From Lama glama (Eukaryota), in the NCBI GenBank assembly GCA_028534125.1, contig CM052817.1, positions 24,306,001 to 24,370,000 on the forward strand: a DNA stretch of 64,000 nt, in the 5' to 3' direction. The translations under genes and the position numbers were made by a program. Positions within the stretch are counted from its first letter, which is position 1; each line of letters starts with the position of its first letter. The notes under the pieces were generated by a model. It was not told the DNA's origin and ran no database searches. It was given only the letters and a program-made list of their open reading frames with translations. Shown here one piece after another: positions 37,925-50,408 of this stretch.

Positions 37925-38371
37925 TGTGTATCTATTTCCCCAGTATCTATTTCCCCATTTTACTTAATAAAATCTATATTTTGATTGGGACAACATCAAA
38001 TGAGAAAGCTTATTTATCTAACCAATGAGATACATGCACCAAGTCCATAAGGAGGGCATCCCTTCTAAATAAAAAGATTCTTTATTCTTTCCCTTCTTCC
38101 TGCTTGGAATGCAGGTATAATAACTGGTGATGGGGCAACCACATTACAACCATGAGGGTGAAATCCTCACTTAGGATGGTGGAATGAAAAATCAGAAAGT
38201 GGCTACATTCTCGATAATATTGTAGAGCTACTGCTTCAGTCATTGACAGCTTACTTCTAGACTTCTCATTGGGTGAGATAAATAGACACTGTTTAAGCTG
38301 TTTTCTTTGTTTGCTTGAAGTCAGGTATTTTCCTCCCTTGTGTGCCTTTTGACAGTGCCTATAAACTAACA
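37925..38371 (+). mobile_element. MLT1J-like solo LTR
   Basis: 'cttcttcctgcttggaatgcagg...acaaccatgagggtg...tagacttctc...gtgagataaata...tgtttaagc'. Confidence 0.65.
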
Positions 38372-38629
38372 AATTATATAAAAACATAACTTTTCTCCTT
38401 TATTCTATTGCAGTATAACCTCGATGCCAGAACATTGAATGTAAATGAATGAATGGTTAATGTCTGAAAACTTCCCTGAGGTTTCTTGCCTCTAACAAGA
38501 GCCAGGAGAAACAATTGTTCACATATTATTTATATCTTGAACTAGATTTTCAGTTCCTCTAGGCTTAATCTGTTATTTTGTCAGTATTGATTATCAGTTG
38601 GCAAAAATTAATCTACCATAGGTTCCTTT

Positions 38630-38955
38630 TTTGCAAATCCTAAGTCAACTTCAAAGTCAAACCTCAGAGGGTTCTTCATGCAGACTAAGCAGCCACCCAG
38701 TCATTCTCAAACACACCTTATTTTAATTCTTAGCATAGCCTTTATAGCTCTCTGATATTTTTCTAATTTATGTATGTATGTATGTACATATGTATGTATG
38801 TATGTATGTATGTATTTACTTTTAGTCTCCGCCATCTCACATTAGGATAAGGGCAGAGAATTTGTCTGGTCGATCAAGAAATACATCCTTGGCATATATA
38901 AGACAAGTAGACATATTTGTTGAATGGCTGTGCAGTTGACTGAATCAAACAATCA
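38630..38955 (+). mobile_element. L2 3' end containing a (TATG)n microsatellite at about 38769-38814
   Basis: 'agggcagagaatttgtctg...atatttgttgaatg'; the tatg repeats are seen directly. Confidence 0.65.
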
Positions 38956-39136
38956 ATAGGAACAGTGAGAGAATCAAAGAATTGTCAGATATAGTCACTG
39001 ACTTGAGAAAATTTTGAATATAAATGAGGAAATGAGAGACCCATTGGAAAACAAAAATGTGTAAAATATAAGGCAATACCAATACTCAAGTGGTAAGGAT
39101 GAAGGTGTGATCAAAGCTCAATGATGTTACATGCAA

Positions 39137-39182
39137 TGACTTGGATTCCTCAGTAGCTCTGACTTGGATTCCTCAGTAGCTC
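39137..39182. repeat. Perfect 23-bp tandem duplication
   Basis: tgacttggattcctcagtagctc x2. Confidence 0.95.
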
Positions 39183-39309
39183 CAGGGACCAAGCCTTCCA
39201 TCTGGACAGAGGTGAGAGCAAACTTAGAAAGAAGAGCTAGAGCAAAGCACATTGGAGCAGAACATATATGAATGCTTTAACCAGAAGAGGTTTACTATCT
39301 CAAATGTTA

Positions 39310-39635
39310 GTGATGTGATAGGAAAAGACTGTGAGATTTAATTCAAAGATTGTGGTTTTAGAATTAGCTGGGTTGAATTACCCAATACCTAGCATCTCTG
39401 AGCTTCAAGTTCCTTATTTGAAAAATGGGGATAAGAATACTTACCTCACTGAACAATAATCAGGATTTAAACGGACTAGATGAAAGCAGTTTGTGAAGCA
39501 TGAGTGATTACAAAAATGGCTAACAGTTCTTGAATTCTTATTATGTGTCAAGCACTGAAGTAATCACTTTACATAGATGATCTCTTTTAATCCTCGAAAC
39601 AACCCAGAGGAAAGACATTAGCCAGGTTTTAACAT
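39310..39635. mobile_element. Two MIR fragments in opposite orientation
   Basis: + strand 'tctctgagcttcaagttccttatttgaaaaatggggataagaatacttacctca'; - strand 'tgtgtcaagcactg...ttttaatcctcgaaacaaccc'. Confidence 0.7.
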
Positions 39636-40119
39636 GGAACGGAGAGAATCTGGAGGGGCCTGGACTGGGAAGGGCTGGGGCTTTGGTTGTGGGGGAGCAG
39701 CTCTCACTAAAACATGCATTTCTTTCACCACTTCCTCTAACAATTGCTCTGATGATCCACATAACCTGGCTTATTTCACACCTGAACCAAGAGAGCAAAA
39801 CCTGGTGAAAGGTGGATCCATCCCATTCACGCCAAGTACTTACATCTGTGCTTTGGCAAAGACGAGCCATGCAGGACCTCGGGAGAATCCTTGGTGAGGA
39901 ATGTGAGCTCTCTGAACTCACTTTGTGTGTCCAATTGTTCACAGTCTAAGTATATTTTAAAGGATAGATTTCTTCAATTGCCATCACATGCAAATTTCTA
40001 AGGAAATTAGAATGCTGCCAAGTATCTTCCAGAGACTTATGGAACTCTTGCACAGAAATAACATATACCATAAATTAGAACATATTAAACAGAATTCCAA
40101 ATGTTCCAATCAGGATTTA

Positions 40120-40345
40120 CTCAAGCAGTATGGCATAGGGATTAAGGAACATAGGTTCCAGGGCTGGCAAATTTATGTACAACCTGATTCTGCCATATAT
40201 TTGTTACATAAATATGGGGCCGTTTATTCACTACATAGAGCCTTATTTTTCTCAGGGTAAAATAGAAATATAAATACGTTACTCAAATATTACTTGAGAC
40301 AATTAAATAAGATGATATATATGAATGAAAGCATAGGGTGTAGCT
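40120..40345 (+). mobile_element. MIR SINE
   Basis: 'gcagtatggcatagggattaaggaacatagg...gattctgcca...gagccttatttttctcagggtaaaatag...aattaaataagatgatatat'. Confidence 0.65.
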
Positions 40346-41744
40346 CAGGGAATGTAGTGAGAATGACACATTTTTCTTTTTATTATTAATTTGTTAAGTC
40401 TTTTCATATTACATGTTCTCATTTGGTATTTAGGATTACAACTTTTTTATGCACCACTAGTAACAAAAGTAAGGTTGTGATATAACTTGAATACCAGAAA
40501 AATTTTAAAACATATTACCTCTCTAATAATTATCCTTTCATCATGAGTTGTCATTCAGTCCAAATCAAAATTACCAAAATGGTAAATACTAGAATTAGTT
40601 TTCTTAAAAATTAGTTTTCTGTGGACTATATGATATTTCATATAGTTTGGTATCAAGCCCCCAAAACAAAAATATTACATGTAATCTCCTTACCTAAAAA
40701 ATCCCAGCAAACCTATTATTTAATACTAAATAGTGCATGTATATATTCAGTTCATCCTAATAATTCTAATCAGTATGGAATCATTAAGCCTTGATTCTCT
40801 CTTATTTTTTATATAGATTTTGTTTCAGTTCTCATGAAAGATTATTTCAAAATCATCTGAGGATTAATTTCCTCATTTTCTTAAATCAATATATGCCAAA
40901 GGAGTTTCTCTCTTTACCAGAAAATTTGCATAATGTATTATTCTAATTTGTGAATCTTGGTGCCTGTGGGAAAACATAAAGGAAATGTTAATGTAATTGT
41001 TGTTCTAAGGAAATAACATTCAGGTTCATTACTGATAAGCATCTGGGTAATTTTAAGAATGGAATTGGTCCCTTATTTAAGCCGTGATTTATTTACTCTA
41101 TCTTAAAGAGACAGATGACTCCTAATTGAAAATTAAAATTACAACTTAGTTATTCATTCAAATATTTAATAGGATCTATAGTGTTAATTTTGAAATTTCA
41201 GTCTAGCACTGACAGAGTGAATTTTGTATCTTACTCTAACTGTAATCTTATCTGTGTTTGATTTTGGTAATTGTACTCATGCCTCTTTCCCCAACTAGAT
41301 TGTAAACCCTTTGAGCATGGGCCATTTAATTAATCTTTAGAACATCCGCCTCTACTTACAAGTCATCTGTAACATAGCAGGTCTCCACATACACTTAAAG
41401 CAAGTGAAATAAACTTCATGGTGTGCAAGTTATACCCCAATACATCCATTTAAAAGAAAATGTTCAGTTTAATTCAACTCTTCTTCACAATAAGTGTATT
41501 CCTACAAATGTTGCAGGGGTTGTCTAGATGGAATTTGGTTCGTGTAGTGATGTGTTTCAGATTGCAGTCTTGGATGTCAGACTGAGCTGAATTCTTCTCA
41601 GGGATACCTGTTTACTGCCAAATAGGAAACGTGCTTTTCTTTTCTTATTTTATTCATTTTACCAACATCTCAATATGAAAGATGAAGAATCAGTTCACTT
41701 AGAACAACCCCACCCCACAAACCTCTTTCCTTCCCCTTCAGGCT

Positions 41745-41774
41745 GGTGGTGGTGGTGATGGTGGTGGCGGTGGT
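41745..41774. repeat. Imperfect (GGT)n microsatellite
   Basis: ggtggtggtggtgatggtggtggcggtggt. Confidence 0.85.
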
Positions 41775-43384
41775 GAGAGGACAATGTTTAGCTCCCATTT
41801 AACAAGAGTTTCTTCTGTGTGCTTGGGGTTCCATCAGCTTTAACTTTCCTGGCCACTTTCTATGTCTTTACTCTATGCCAGAGGCAGTGAAGAGAGCTAT
41901 TTAATTGGTAAAATTAGAGAATAAACCAAGCATGGTTCTCTCCTAATCCTACCCATCTTTTACAGGACTTCTCCAAAAGTTCCCTGCTGCTCTCTGCTGT
42001 GAGGAAAGACCTGCCCTAGCCCTGCACTGCAGGATGGTTGGTCTGTTCAATACTGAGGTTCACTTAGTAAGCCTATTTGGCCTCATACATCCCACCGTGA
42101 GCCCTTACCAGTAACCAAAGTAGTGTTTTGCCTTCTCTCTGCCACTCTTTATTTTTCTCATTTTTTTTAGGAACCCAAGTGAGGAAGAGAAGTGTTATAT
42201 TTTAAGCCCCCTTGCAAATAGCAAAATTAATTCTACAATTTTTAGTTCTCATTTTGGTAACCTTTCTGAATTAAATAATGTGCCTAACCCTCTATTTAAT
42301 TCTAAGAGCTTTAATTACTTGATCTCCTTCTTTGAGTCCTCACCTTTATGTCTCCTCCACCTCCTACCTCCCATCAGCAACATCTCTACTTTTACATTGT
42401 AAGGCTTTCTAACATTACTGTTCTTTCCTATAGCCATAATTAAATCCGCATGTTCTGTCTGTAAAGGTGTTCTAAGAGTTGAAAACTAATTAACAGTAGT
42501 TACAGTATAACGACTATATACGTTTTCAATGAAGAGCCAACTAATGTGCTTAAGATCCTATTTCCTTCACTTAAGGTCCAATATCATCACCCCTGTTCTA
42601 GTCAATGTGTAATGTTCCCAAGCATTGAGGTCAAATGTATTCTTTATAATCATATTTCACTATTTACTCAAAATCATCCCTTATTTAGTTTACCTCAGAT
42701 TTCAGCAATGACTTTCTTAGACACATTAGCTGTTACGTTTTCCTAGAGTTTCTCTTTGTCTCATTTATTCTTTTTGAAAGAAGAAGCATATGCTTTCTTC
42801 ACTGTGTCACTACTATCATCCAACTCATTTGTCACTCTGTTTATTGCTTGGAATCCCCATTCATCTTCCTGAGAGCAACCTTGAAGTCTGCTGCATTCCA
42901 ATTTCAATTTGGCATTGATTGCTTTCTGAACTTGCTACCCACCTGTTAAACTGGAATTTCTTCCCACTGAATTCTTGGGTCAGTTCAGCTGATGTTTGTA
43001 TCTAGTATTTTCTGCCACTCAAACATAGGCATTTGTTCAGACCCTTACTCCACACTTACTCTGTACATAGTATTATGACCTATGAAAATTCAAGACAAAT
43101 CCAAAATTTATCGTGCACCAAAAGAGTTCACAAATTAGGACTTGAACACACCTATAAATAATCACAATATAAAATAAAAAGTATAATTAGAATAAGTTGG
43201 TGAAAGAAGTAGTTATATACCATGGGAAAAAAAACAGAATGGAATTAGATGTGAAGAAGTAGAAGGGATGTGAAAGGCCAGGGAAGGTCAGAGATTGCAT
43301 GAGAAAGGAAGAAGTATCTCACAATGTGAAGTAACAGTAGTACAAAAACTCACAGAGAAAATAGTAATCCATGTTGTGAATGAT

Positions 43385-43740
43385 AAGTTACAATGCTCTT
43401 AGACCAAAGAGGAACTACAACCAAATTCATCTACTTAGAAAACAACAAAACCAATGGTCAAACCCTATGGGACACAGCCAAAATCATTTTCAAAAGAAAA
43501 TTCATAGCTGTAAGTGTTGTTGTATTAAACAGAAATAAAAACTGGGGAGAATGAACTAAGAACTCACCTCAAGAACAATGAAATATATATCTATAGATTC
43601 AACAAATATGTGGAATTGATAAATTAATACATGTGAAAGTTAAGTATAATGAATTAAAAATCAAAAAAATTTGAAAACTAAAGCCAAGAGTAGTTTTTTC
43701 ATCTTATAAGATTGTTAGAAAAAATATACAGATATTTTAA
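43385..43740 (+). mobile_element. Old LINE-1 ORF2 fragment (post-endonuclease linker)
   Basis: 'caaaccctatgggacacagccaaaatc...aaaattcatagctgtaagtg...aactcacctcaagaa'. Confidence 0.6.
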
Positions 43741-43764
43741 AGCCTAGGCTATGCATAGATGGAA

Positions 43765-44505
43765 AACAAAGCAATGGAATAAGATATTTCATGCAAATGC
43801 AAACCAAAAGAAAATAGGAGTAGCTATTCTTATATAAGTCAAATAGACTTTAAGCTGAAAACTGTAACAAGAGACAAAGAAGGTCATTATATAATGATGA
43901 AGGGATCAACTTATTAAAAGAATATAACAATGATAAATATTTGTGCACCCAACATTGGATGCACAACTTAAATATATAAAGTAAATACTAACAGATCTAA
44001 AGTGAGAAATAGTCAGTAATACCGTAGTAATAGGAGACTTTAATACCCCACTTTCAACAGTACATAAATTAACCAGACAGAAAATCAATAAGAGAATATT
44101 AGATTTAAACTACATATTAGCCCAGATGGATTTAACAGATGTATCTAGAACAGTCCATTCAACAGCAGCAGGATACACATTCTTCTCAAGTGCACATGAA
44201 TCATTCTCCAAGATAGATCAATCATATTTTAAGCCATAAAATAAGTCTTAATAAATTTAAGAAGATTGAAAACATAACAAGCATCTTTTCTGACCACAAT
44301 GGTGTAACACTAGAAATCAATTACAAGAAAACTATAAAACTGATAAAATCTGAGATTAAACATGCTTCTGAACAACTGAGTGAAAAAAGAAAGATAGTTT
44401 TTAAATACTTAAGAGAAATGAAAATAAAGACTCAAAATGCCAAAATTTACAGAATACAGTGAAAGCAGTTCTAAAAGAGAAGTTTATAGCAATAAATGCC
44501 TAATA
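43765..44505 (+). mobile_element. LINE-1 ORF2 endonuclease-domain fragment
   Basis: 'agagacaaagaaggtcattatataatg' (RDKEGHYIM), 'ggagactttaataccccact' (GDFNTPL), 'ttcttctcaagtgcacatg' (FFSSAH) and 'tctgaccacaat' (SDHN). Confidence 0.92.
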
Positions 44506-44509
44506 TTAA

Positions 44510-44988
44510 TTCTAGAATTCTTGACTCCTCTGTCATAAATTAATTGACTATATATATGTGGGTTTTTTTGGAGGTTCTCTATTCTGCTCCATTGATCTGT
44601 GTCTCTGATTTTATTCCAATACTATACTGTTCTAATAACTGTAGCTTTATAATGTAGTTTGGAATTAAGGAACATGATGCTTTCAGTTTTGCTTTTCTTT
44701 CTCAAAATTGCTTTGGCTATTTGGGGTCTTTTATGGTCTAACAGGATTTTTTTTTCTATTTTTGTGGAAAATACCATAGGTATTTTTATAGGGATTACAT
44801 TGCATCTGTAGACCACTTGAGGTTTTAATTCATGAGCATGGAATAGCTTCCCATTTAGTTTGTCTTCAGTTTCTTTCATCTATGTCTAATAGTTTTTGGA
44901 CTATAGATTTTCAGCCTCCTTGGTTAAATTTATTTTTGAATACTTTATTCATTTTGATGCTTTTATAAATGGGATTGTTTTCTTAACT
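44510..44988 (-). mobile_element. LINE-1 ORF2 fragment (post-RT region)
   Basis: Minus-strand ORF 44622-44879, YRCNVIPIKIPMVFSTKIEK...KRPQIAKAILRKKSK...KLHYKATVIRTV. Confidence 0.92.
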
Positions 44989-45243
44989 GGAAATTACCAA
45001 GCAGCACTTCCACCTGCATTCCACAACTTTTCCATCAGCTGAGAAATGTGTCTACTCTTATAGTCAGGAGTCCAGCTAAAAATCAGGGGTCTTATTACTA
45101 TTGAAGAATGATATGTGGGGACAAATAGTAGTCTCTATTCCTGTAGCATAAGGAATTATCAAAAGATCTAACTTACATTATCTCTGGAAAAATTATTAGC
45201 CTTTTGATTCCTTCAGGCATTGTGAAATCTGTTAATACAGTTT

Positions 45244-45743
45244 NNNNNNNNNNNNNNNNNNNNNNNNNNNNNNNNNNNNNNNNNNNNNNNNNNNNNNNNN
45301 NNNNNNNNNNNNNNNNNNNNNNNNNNNNNNNNNNNNNNNNNNNNNNNNNNNNNNNNNNNNNNNNNNNNNNNNNNNNNNNNNNNNNNNNNNNNNNNNNNNN
45401 NNNNNNNNNNNNNNNNNNNNNNNNNNNNNNNNNNNNNNNNNNNNNNNNNNNNNNNNNNNNNNNNNNNNNNNNNNNNNNNNNNNNNNNNNNNNNNNNNNNN
45501 NNNNNNNNNNNNNNNNNNNNNNNNNNNNNNNNNNNNNNNNNNNNNNNNNNNNNNNNNNNNNNNNNNNNNNNNNNNNNNNNNNNNNNNNNNNNNNNNNNNN
45601 NNNNNNNNNNNNNNNNNNNNNNNNNNNNNNNNNNNNNNNNNNNNNNNNNNNNNNNNNNNNNNNNNNNNNNNNNNNNNNNNNNNNNNNNNNNNNNNNNNNN
45701 NNNNNNNNNNNNNNNNNNNNNNNNNNNNNNNNNNNNNNNNNNN
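45244..45743. other. Assembly gap (500 N)
   Basis: Run of exactly 500 N. Confidence 0.99.
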
Positions 45744-46611
45744 TAATACAGTATATCTAGAAAGACACAATCCTTGCTAAGTTAATTATATTTGTAAGTA
45801 AGATAAAACACAGAATATTATAAAACCATGGCAGCATTCAGTCCCTCTATTGAAAATGATTAATATGAATTCTAGGCTAGCAAGAATCCATCATTTATAA
45901 CTGAACCATGGGTTTTATGCCATGTGTTGTTCCTAAAGTGGAAAACAAATTTTGCTTAACATATTTATAAGTTTTTCAAGTGGCTACATTCTCAAAGACA
46001 AAGTCTGAAAGAAAAATACAAATGGCAAAAATGGACAAAATGTAGATAAAATGAAAGCTTCAGGTAATAAAGAGACCAAAAGTAGGAAGTATAAGTGGCT
46101 TATGGTTGAACAATGGAAGAAAAAAACTTTCAAAAAGTGCATTGCACAGAAGCCACCATAGTGATTATTTAGAATAGGTCAGAGTTGGGAATAAAGCATC
46201 GTCCAGTATAGTCCTTATGTAAGCTGTACACCTCCCTTCTCCAACAGCTCCTATGTAATAATATCCAGCATTAATACATGAACACGTCTGGTTTTATGGC
46301 CCTCACAATTTCCTAAGGTCCCATTCCATTGCTGACAGCTTCAATTGTGAGAAAAGTTTTATTGTAATGAGTCAAAATTATTTTCTCAAAATGTATAGCA
46401 AAGTTGGTTATGAAAAAGCAATAATCTCAGAAAATTAAGCTAATAATTTTTTGTTATGGTGGTTTATATTTAATGAAAGATTGGAATAAATCCAAAATAT
46501 ACTTAAGTATTGAGGTTATATGTCAGAACTAGAAATACTTCCTTCTTTCTTATAATCTAAGCTCCTGAACTATCCCAGCATCCTAACACAGCCTCAATAA
46601 ATACCAACTGA

Positions 46612-46691
46612 CATGCTCTACACTTTAAACTTATGCAGTAATCTAAACTTATACAGTGAATTATTTCTCAATAAAACTGGGAAAATAAATA
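46612..46691 (+). mobile_element. 80-bp extreme 3' L1 fragment with perfect 16-bp TSD
   Basis: aataaataccaactga at 46596-46611 and 46692-46707; insert ends 'ttatttctcaataaaactggg' plus an A-rich tail. Confidence 0.85.
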
Positions 46692-47029
46692 AATAAATAC
46701 CAACTGAATGTGAATAAATTAACAAAGGGTAATTGGAAAGTGTCAATATTCCCAGATACTGACAGTCAGACTAATGAAGTCCTTATGAAAATTAAATATA
46801 AAACAGATGCCCTAATGATTAGTGGGAGCACAATTTGTGAGGACTTAGAGCCCCAAGAGTAAAAGGAGAGATCGGAACAATTAAGCAAATGTTTGGTGAT
46901 CCAGCCAGGGGTAAATATATTGCTGTAGGTAGAGTGCCATGTGCTAGGACTAGAATAGAAATGTATAAAAGGTATTGACAGGACGTGGAGGAAGGAGCTA
47001 CTGACTCTGCACTAATGAGGTGGGAGAAG

Positions 47030-47425
47030 AGTTCATTTATTAATTTACTCATCTAACAGATATTTATTAAGCACCTCTTAGGTACTATATACTGTTCTAG
47101 AGACTGATGATACAACAGTGAAAAACAGTCAAAAATTCCTGTCCTTCTGAGCTGACATTCTAGTAAGGAGATATAAAAAATGCATAACGTGCAAATGTTA
47201 AAAAGTCCTGTGCAGCATAAAAAATTAGTGTAAGGAAATAAGAAAGTAGACAGAATAAGGTGGTAAGTAAAGGCCCCCTGATAAGGTGACATTTAAGCAG
47301 ACTTTGAACCTTGAGATGACATTTGACTTGGTTCTAAAAGGATATATAGGAAGTCACCAGAAAGAGAGTTGGGAAAGGAATTTTCAGATATAGAAAATAA
47401 GGAATGAAAAACCCCAGAGACCCAA
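47030..47425 (-). mobile_element. L2 3' fragment
   Basis: 'catctaacagatatttattaagcacct...actgttctagagactg...gagctgacattctagt...aaggtgacatttaagcagac'. Confidence 0.85.
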
Positions 47426-47439
47426 AATAATTTTGGGAA

Positions 47440-47952
47440 ATAATTTTTTACCACCAAATATCTATTTCTTCTTCTGATAATGTCACCTTACCATTTCTTT
47501 AGAAAATCACTTGTCCCCATTATTCACCCATGTGTTTCAGATTTCAAGTAAAACTTGTATCCAAGACCTGACCAATTAAAGCATTGTATCCCTTACATTG
47601 ATGAGTAAGTAACTCAGAATTGTCCAGTTATGGTAAATCCTTGGACTTGTCTGAGGGGTTCCCAAAAAGAGATGTTCTCTCTTTTGCATGGGGATTTCCA
47701 TAAGTTACAATAATATGAGCCTAAAGATTAAGGAAGCCATCGTGCAGAGCCATAGTATGAAAATAACACAGTACGAAGCAGAGTGAAAAGACAAATGCAA
47801 AGCTAAAGGTTGATCTGCATTTTTGAATTCCTAGATAAAACCCTGCTTGAAACTAACTTTAGCCAGGTATTTTTAAGCTTTATGAATGTATGTATTTCTT
47901 TTTGGCATTGAACTTGATACTCTATCATTTGCTTATCAAACAGTCTTGATGT
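47440..47952 (+). mobile_element. Old MLT1-like LTR
   Basis: 'ccaagacctgaccaattaaagcattgtatccc...gaagccatc...cctagataaaaccctgcttgaa...tatcatttgc'. Confidence 0.5.
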
Positions 47953-48035
47953 AAAGAATAGATCAAAGAAAGGATGGTCAGATATTATTTCAGATGGTAC
48001 TTAATGATGGTACTTAAGCAAGTGTTTCACAGAGA

Positions 48036-49290
48036 TTCCTATCAAACTATATTACAAAGCAGTAGTAATCAAAATATTATGGTATTGGCATAAAAACAAA
48101 CACATGGATTGATTGAACAGAACAGAGTCCAGAAATAAACCCATGCATATATGGTCAATTAATTTTTAACAAAAGAACCAAGGATATACTGAAGAATAGT
48201 CTCTTCAATAAATGATGTCGGGAAAACTGGATAACTACTTACAAAAGAATGAAACTGGTTGTCTACCTTACACCGTACACAGAAATCAATTAAAAACAGA
48301 TTAAAATTTGAACATAAGACCTGAAACCATAAAACTGCTAGAAGAAAACATGGGGGTAAGATCCTTGACATTGGTCTTAGCAGTAATTTATTGGATTTGA
48401 CAAAAAGAGCAAAGGCAACAAAAGCAAAGATAATCAGATACATCAGATACAGAGATACCTCAAACTGAAAAGCTTCAGTACAACAAAGGAAACCATCAAC
48501 AAAATGAAAAGGTGACCTACAGGATGGGAGAAGATACTTGCAAATCATATATCTGGTAAGGAGTTACTATCTAAATATATAAATTCAGCTGTGGAAAAAC
48601 AAACTGATTGAAAAATAGAGGAACAGAGTAGATATTTTCAAAAAGACATACAAATGGCCAAAAGGTACATTAAAAGGTGCTCAACATCCCTAATCATCAG
48701 GGAAATGCAAATCAAAACCATAATGAGATATTACTTCATATCTCATTAGAAAATCAAAATCTCATCAAAAAGAGAAGAGTCAATAAGTTGGCAAGGATAC
48801 AATGAAAAGGGAACCCTTATTTTGGTGGGAATGTAAATTGGTGCAGCTATGGAAAATAATATGGAAATTTCTCAGAAAATTAAAAATAGAACCACCATAT
48901 GATCCAACAGTTCCACTTCTATGTATATTAAGAGACATATACACCCCCACCCCGTTCAGTGTGGTATTCACAATAGCAAAGATATAGAAACAACCTAAAT
49001 GTCTATCAATGAGTGAATGAATAAAGAAATTATGAGATATATATAGATATATAAACACACACACACATATATGTATACAATGAAACATTATTCAGCCATG
49101 AAAAAGAAGGATATCTTGCCATTTGTGACAACCTTGAGGACATTATGCTTAGTGAAATAAGCCACATAACGATAAGTACTGCATGGTATCATTTATATCT
49201 TGAATCTAAAACAAAAAGTCAAACTTACAGAAACACAGAGTAGAAAAGTGTTTGCCAGGAGCTTGGAGGTGGGGGAAATAGGGAAAGGAG
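48036..49290 (+). mobile_element. LINE-1 3' ORF2 plus 3' UTR (L1MA/MB-type), pseudogenised
   Basis: 'aaactatattacaaagc...tggtattggcataaaaac', 'catcagggaaatgcaaatcaaaacc' and ORF piece REPLFWWECKLVQLWK. Confidence 0.92.
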
Positions 49291-49554
49291 AGGTATCAGA
49301 AAGAAAAAAGACTTCTAGGAAAACTTTATGCTTGCCTTTAAAGGAAGTGACATTGAAGAAGCACTGAGAAAGTGGGGGAGGCAGTTTCCGAATATAGAAT
49401 AAAATGTTGTGAGGTATTTAGAATGCCTACTCACAGAACCTTGGAGAAGGCACCTTCTCTGGGTTCCTAACTCAATAATAATGTGCACATGTGTTAAGCA
49501 CAGTAGGTGAGCAGCACTCTGTGGGTACAAAAATGGATTTAACATTTATATTTT

Positions 49555-49924
49555 CTTAAAAAGAATCACAGCTAGACAGTAGTTAAAGTAAAAACAGATT
49601 AGGAGAAAAGAGACTTCAACTCAATTCCAAAGACCACAAGGACAATTGGGGACTTATAGCCAAGGTGCAGAATGAGGGGGTCAGTGGTTGGAAAATTACC
49701 AAAGAGGAGATGTCAAGGGTAGGGGAAACTCTTGCTAAACTGACCTAACAGGATTCTTGCTGAAGGCAGATCAGATATCAAGGGTGGTGAGATTCTCTCT
49801 AAGGTGACTTGGCAGGATTCTTGCTACAGTTGGGCTATGCAGAACCAGCAATGGAACAGGAAGGAGTGGGGCATGTGTAAGTTTTGGCCTAGTTCAGAAC
49901 AGAGCACAGAATGAAGTTTGGTCA
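49555..49924 (-). mobile_element. MER31-like ERV1 solo LTR
   Basis: 'ggggacttatagccaagg...gggggtcagtggttggaaaattac...tcttgctaaactgacctaacaggattcttgctgaaggcag' matches the recalled MER31 reverse complement. Confidence 0.75.
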
Positions 49925-50221
49925 GGGAGACCATCTTTATCAGTATGAACACAAATTTCAGTATGTTTACAATCATTTCTTAGTTGACTGATGCTCCTGT
50001 GTTTCGATAAGATGATAGCTGGGGGGATATTTCTCACAGTATAAAGGACGATACACTTTAGAATCTTGAAAAAAGTATCTGTTGTTTTGAACTCAACTAA
50101 ATCCATACTTTTCCCTATTTCCTATAGACATGTTATCATGACTGAACTCTAACCTACCTAAAATTATAAATACACTACATCATAAACTACACATCTACCA
50201 ATCTACCTAAATGGTTCTTGG

Positions 50222-50408
50222 GTGGTATTTTGCTTAAAGTGTGATCTAAAATGCACTTACATCAGAATCACCTGAAAGACTTGTTAAAAAAAAATGCTGG
50301 GCCTTACAGACCAACTGGGTCGAAATTTCTCGTAGTGATGCTCAAGGATGTACTTTTTAATAAGAATTCAAGCCTATTCTCATGCACACTAAAGTTGAAG
50401 AGCTATTC
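50222..50408. mobile_element. MER5A (hAT-Charlie)
   Basis: 'catcagaatcacctgaaagacttgttaaaa...tgctgggcc...ttctcatgcacactaaagttgaagagc'. Confidence 0.75.

Noticed and set aside
40333..40360. 'agggtgtagctcaggg' resembling the 5' end of a tRNA or tRNA-derived SINE
   Set aside because: No B box, cloverleaf or A-tail follows; it lies at the end of a MIR.
41741..41777. Poly-Gly micro-exon (ttcAG gctggtggt...GTGAGA)
   Set aside because: Explained by a (GGT)n microsatellite; 31 nt and not frame-preserving.
43765..44988. Twin-priming 5'-inverted L1
   Set aside because: Fragments are convergent and lack a poly(A) end and TSD, the wrong geometry for twin priming.
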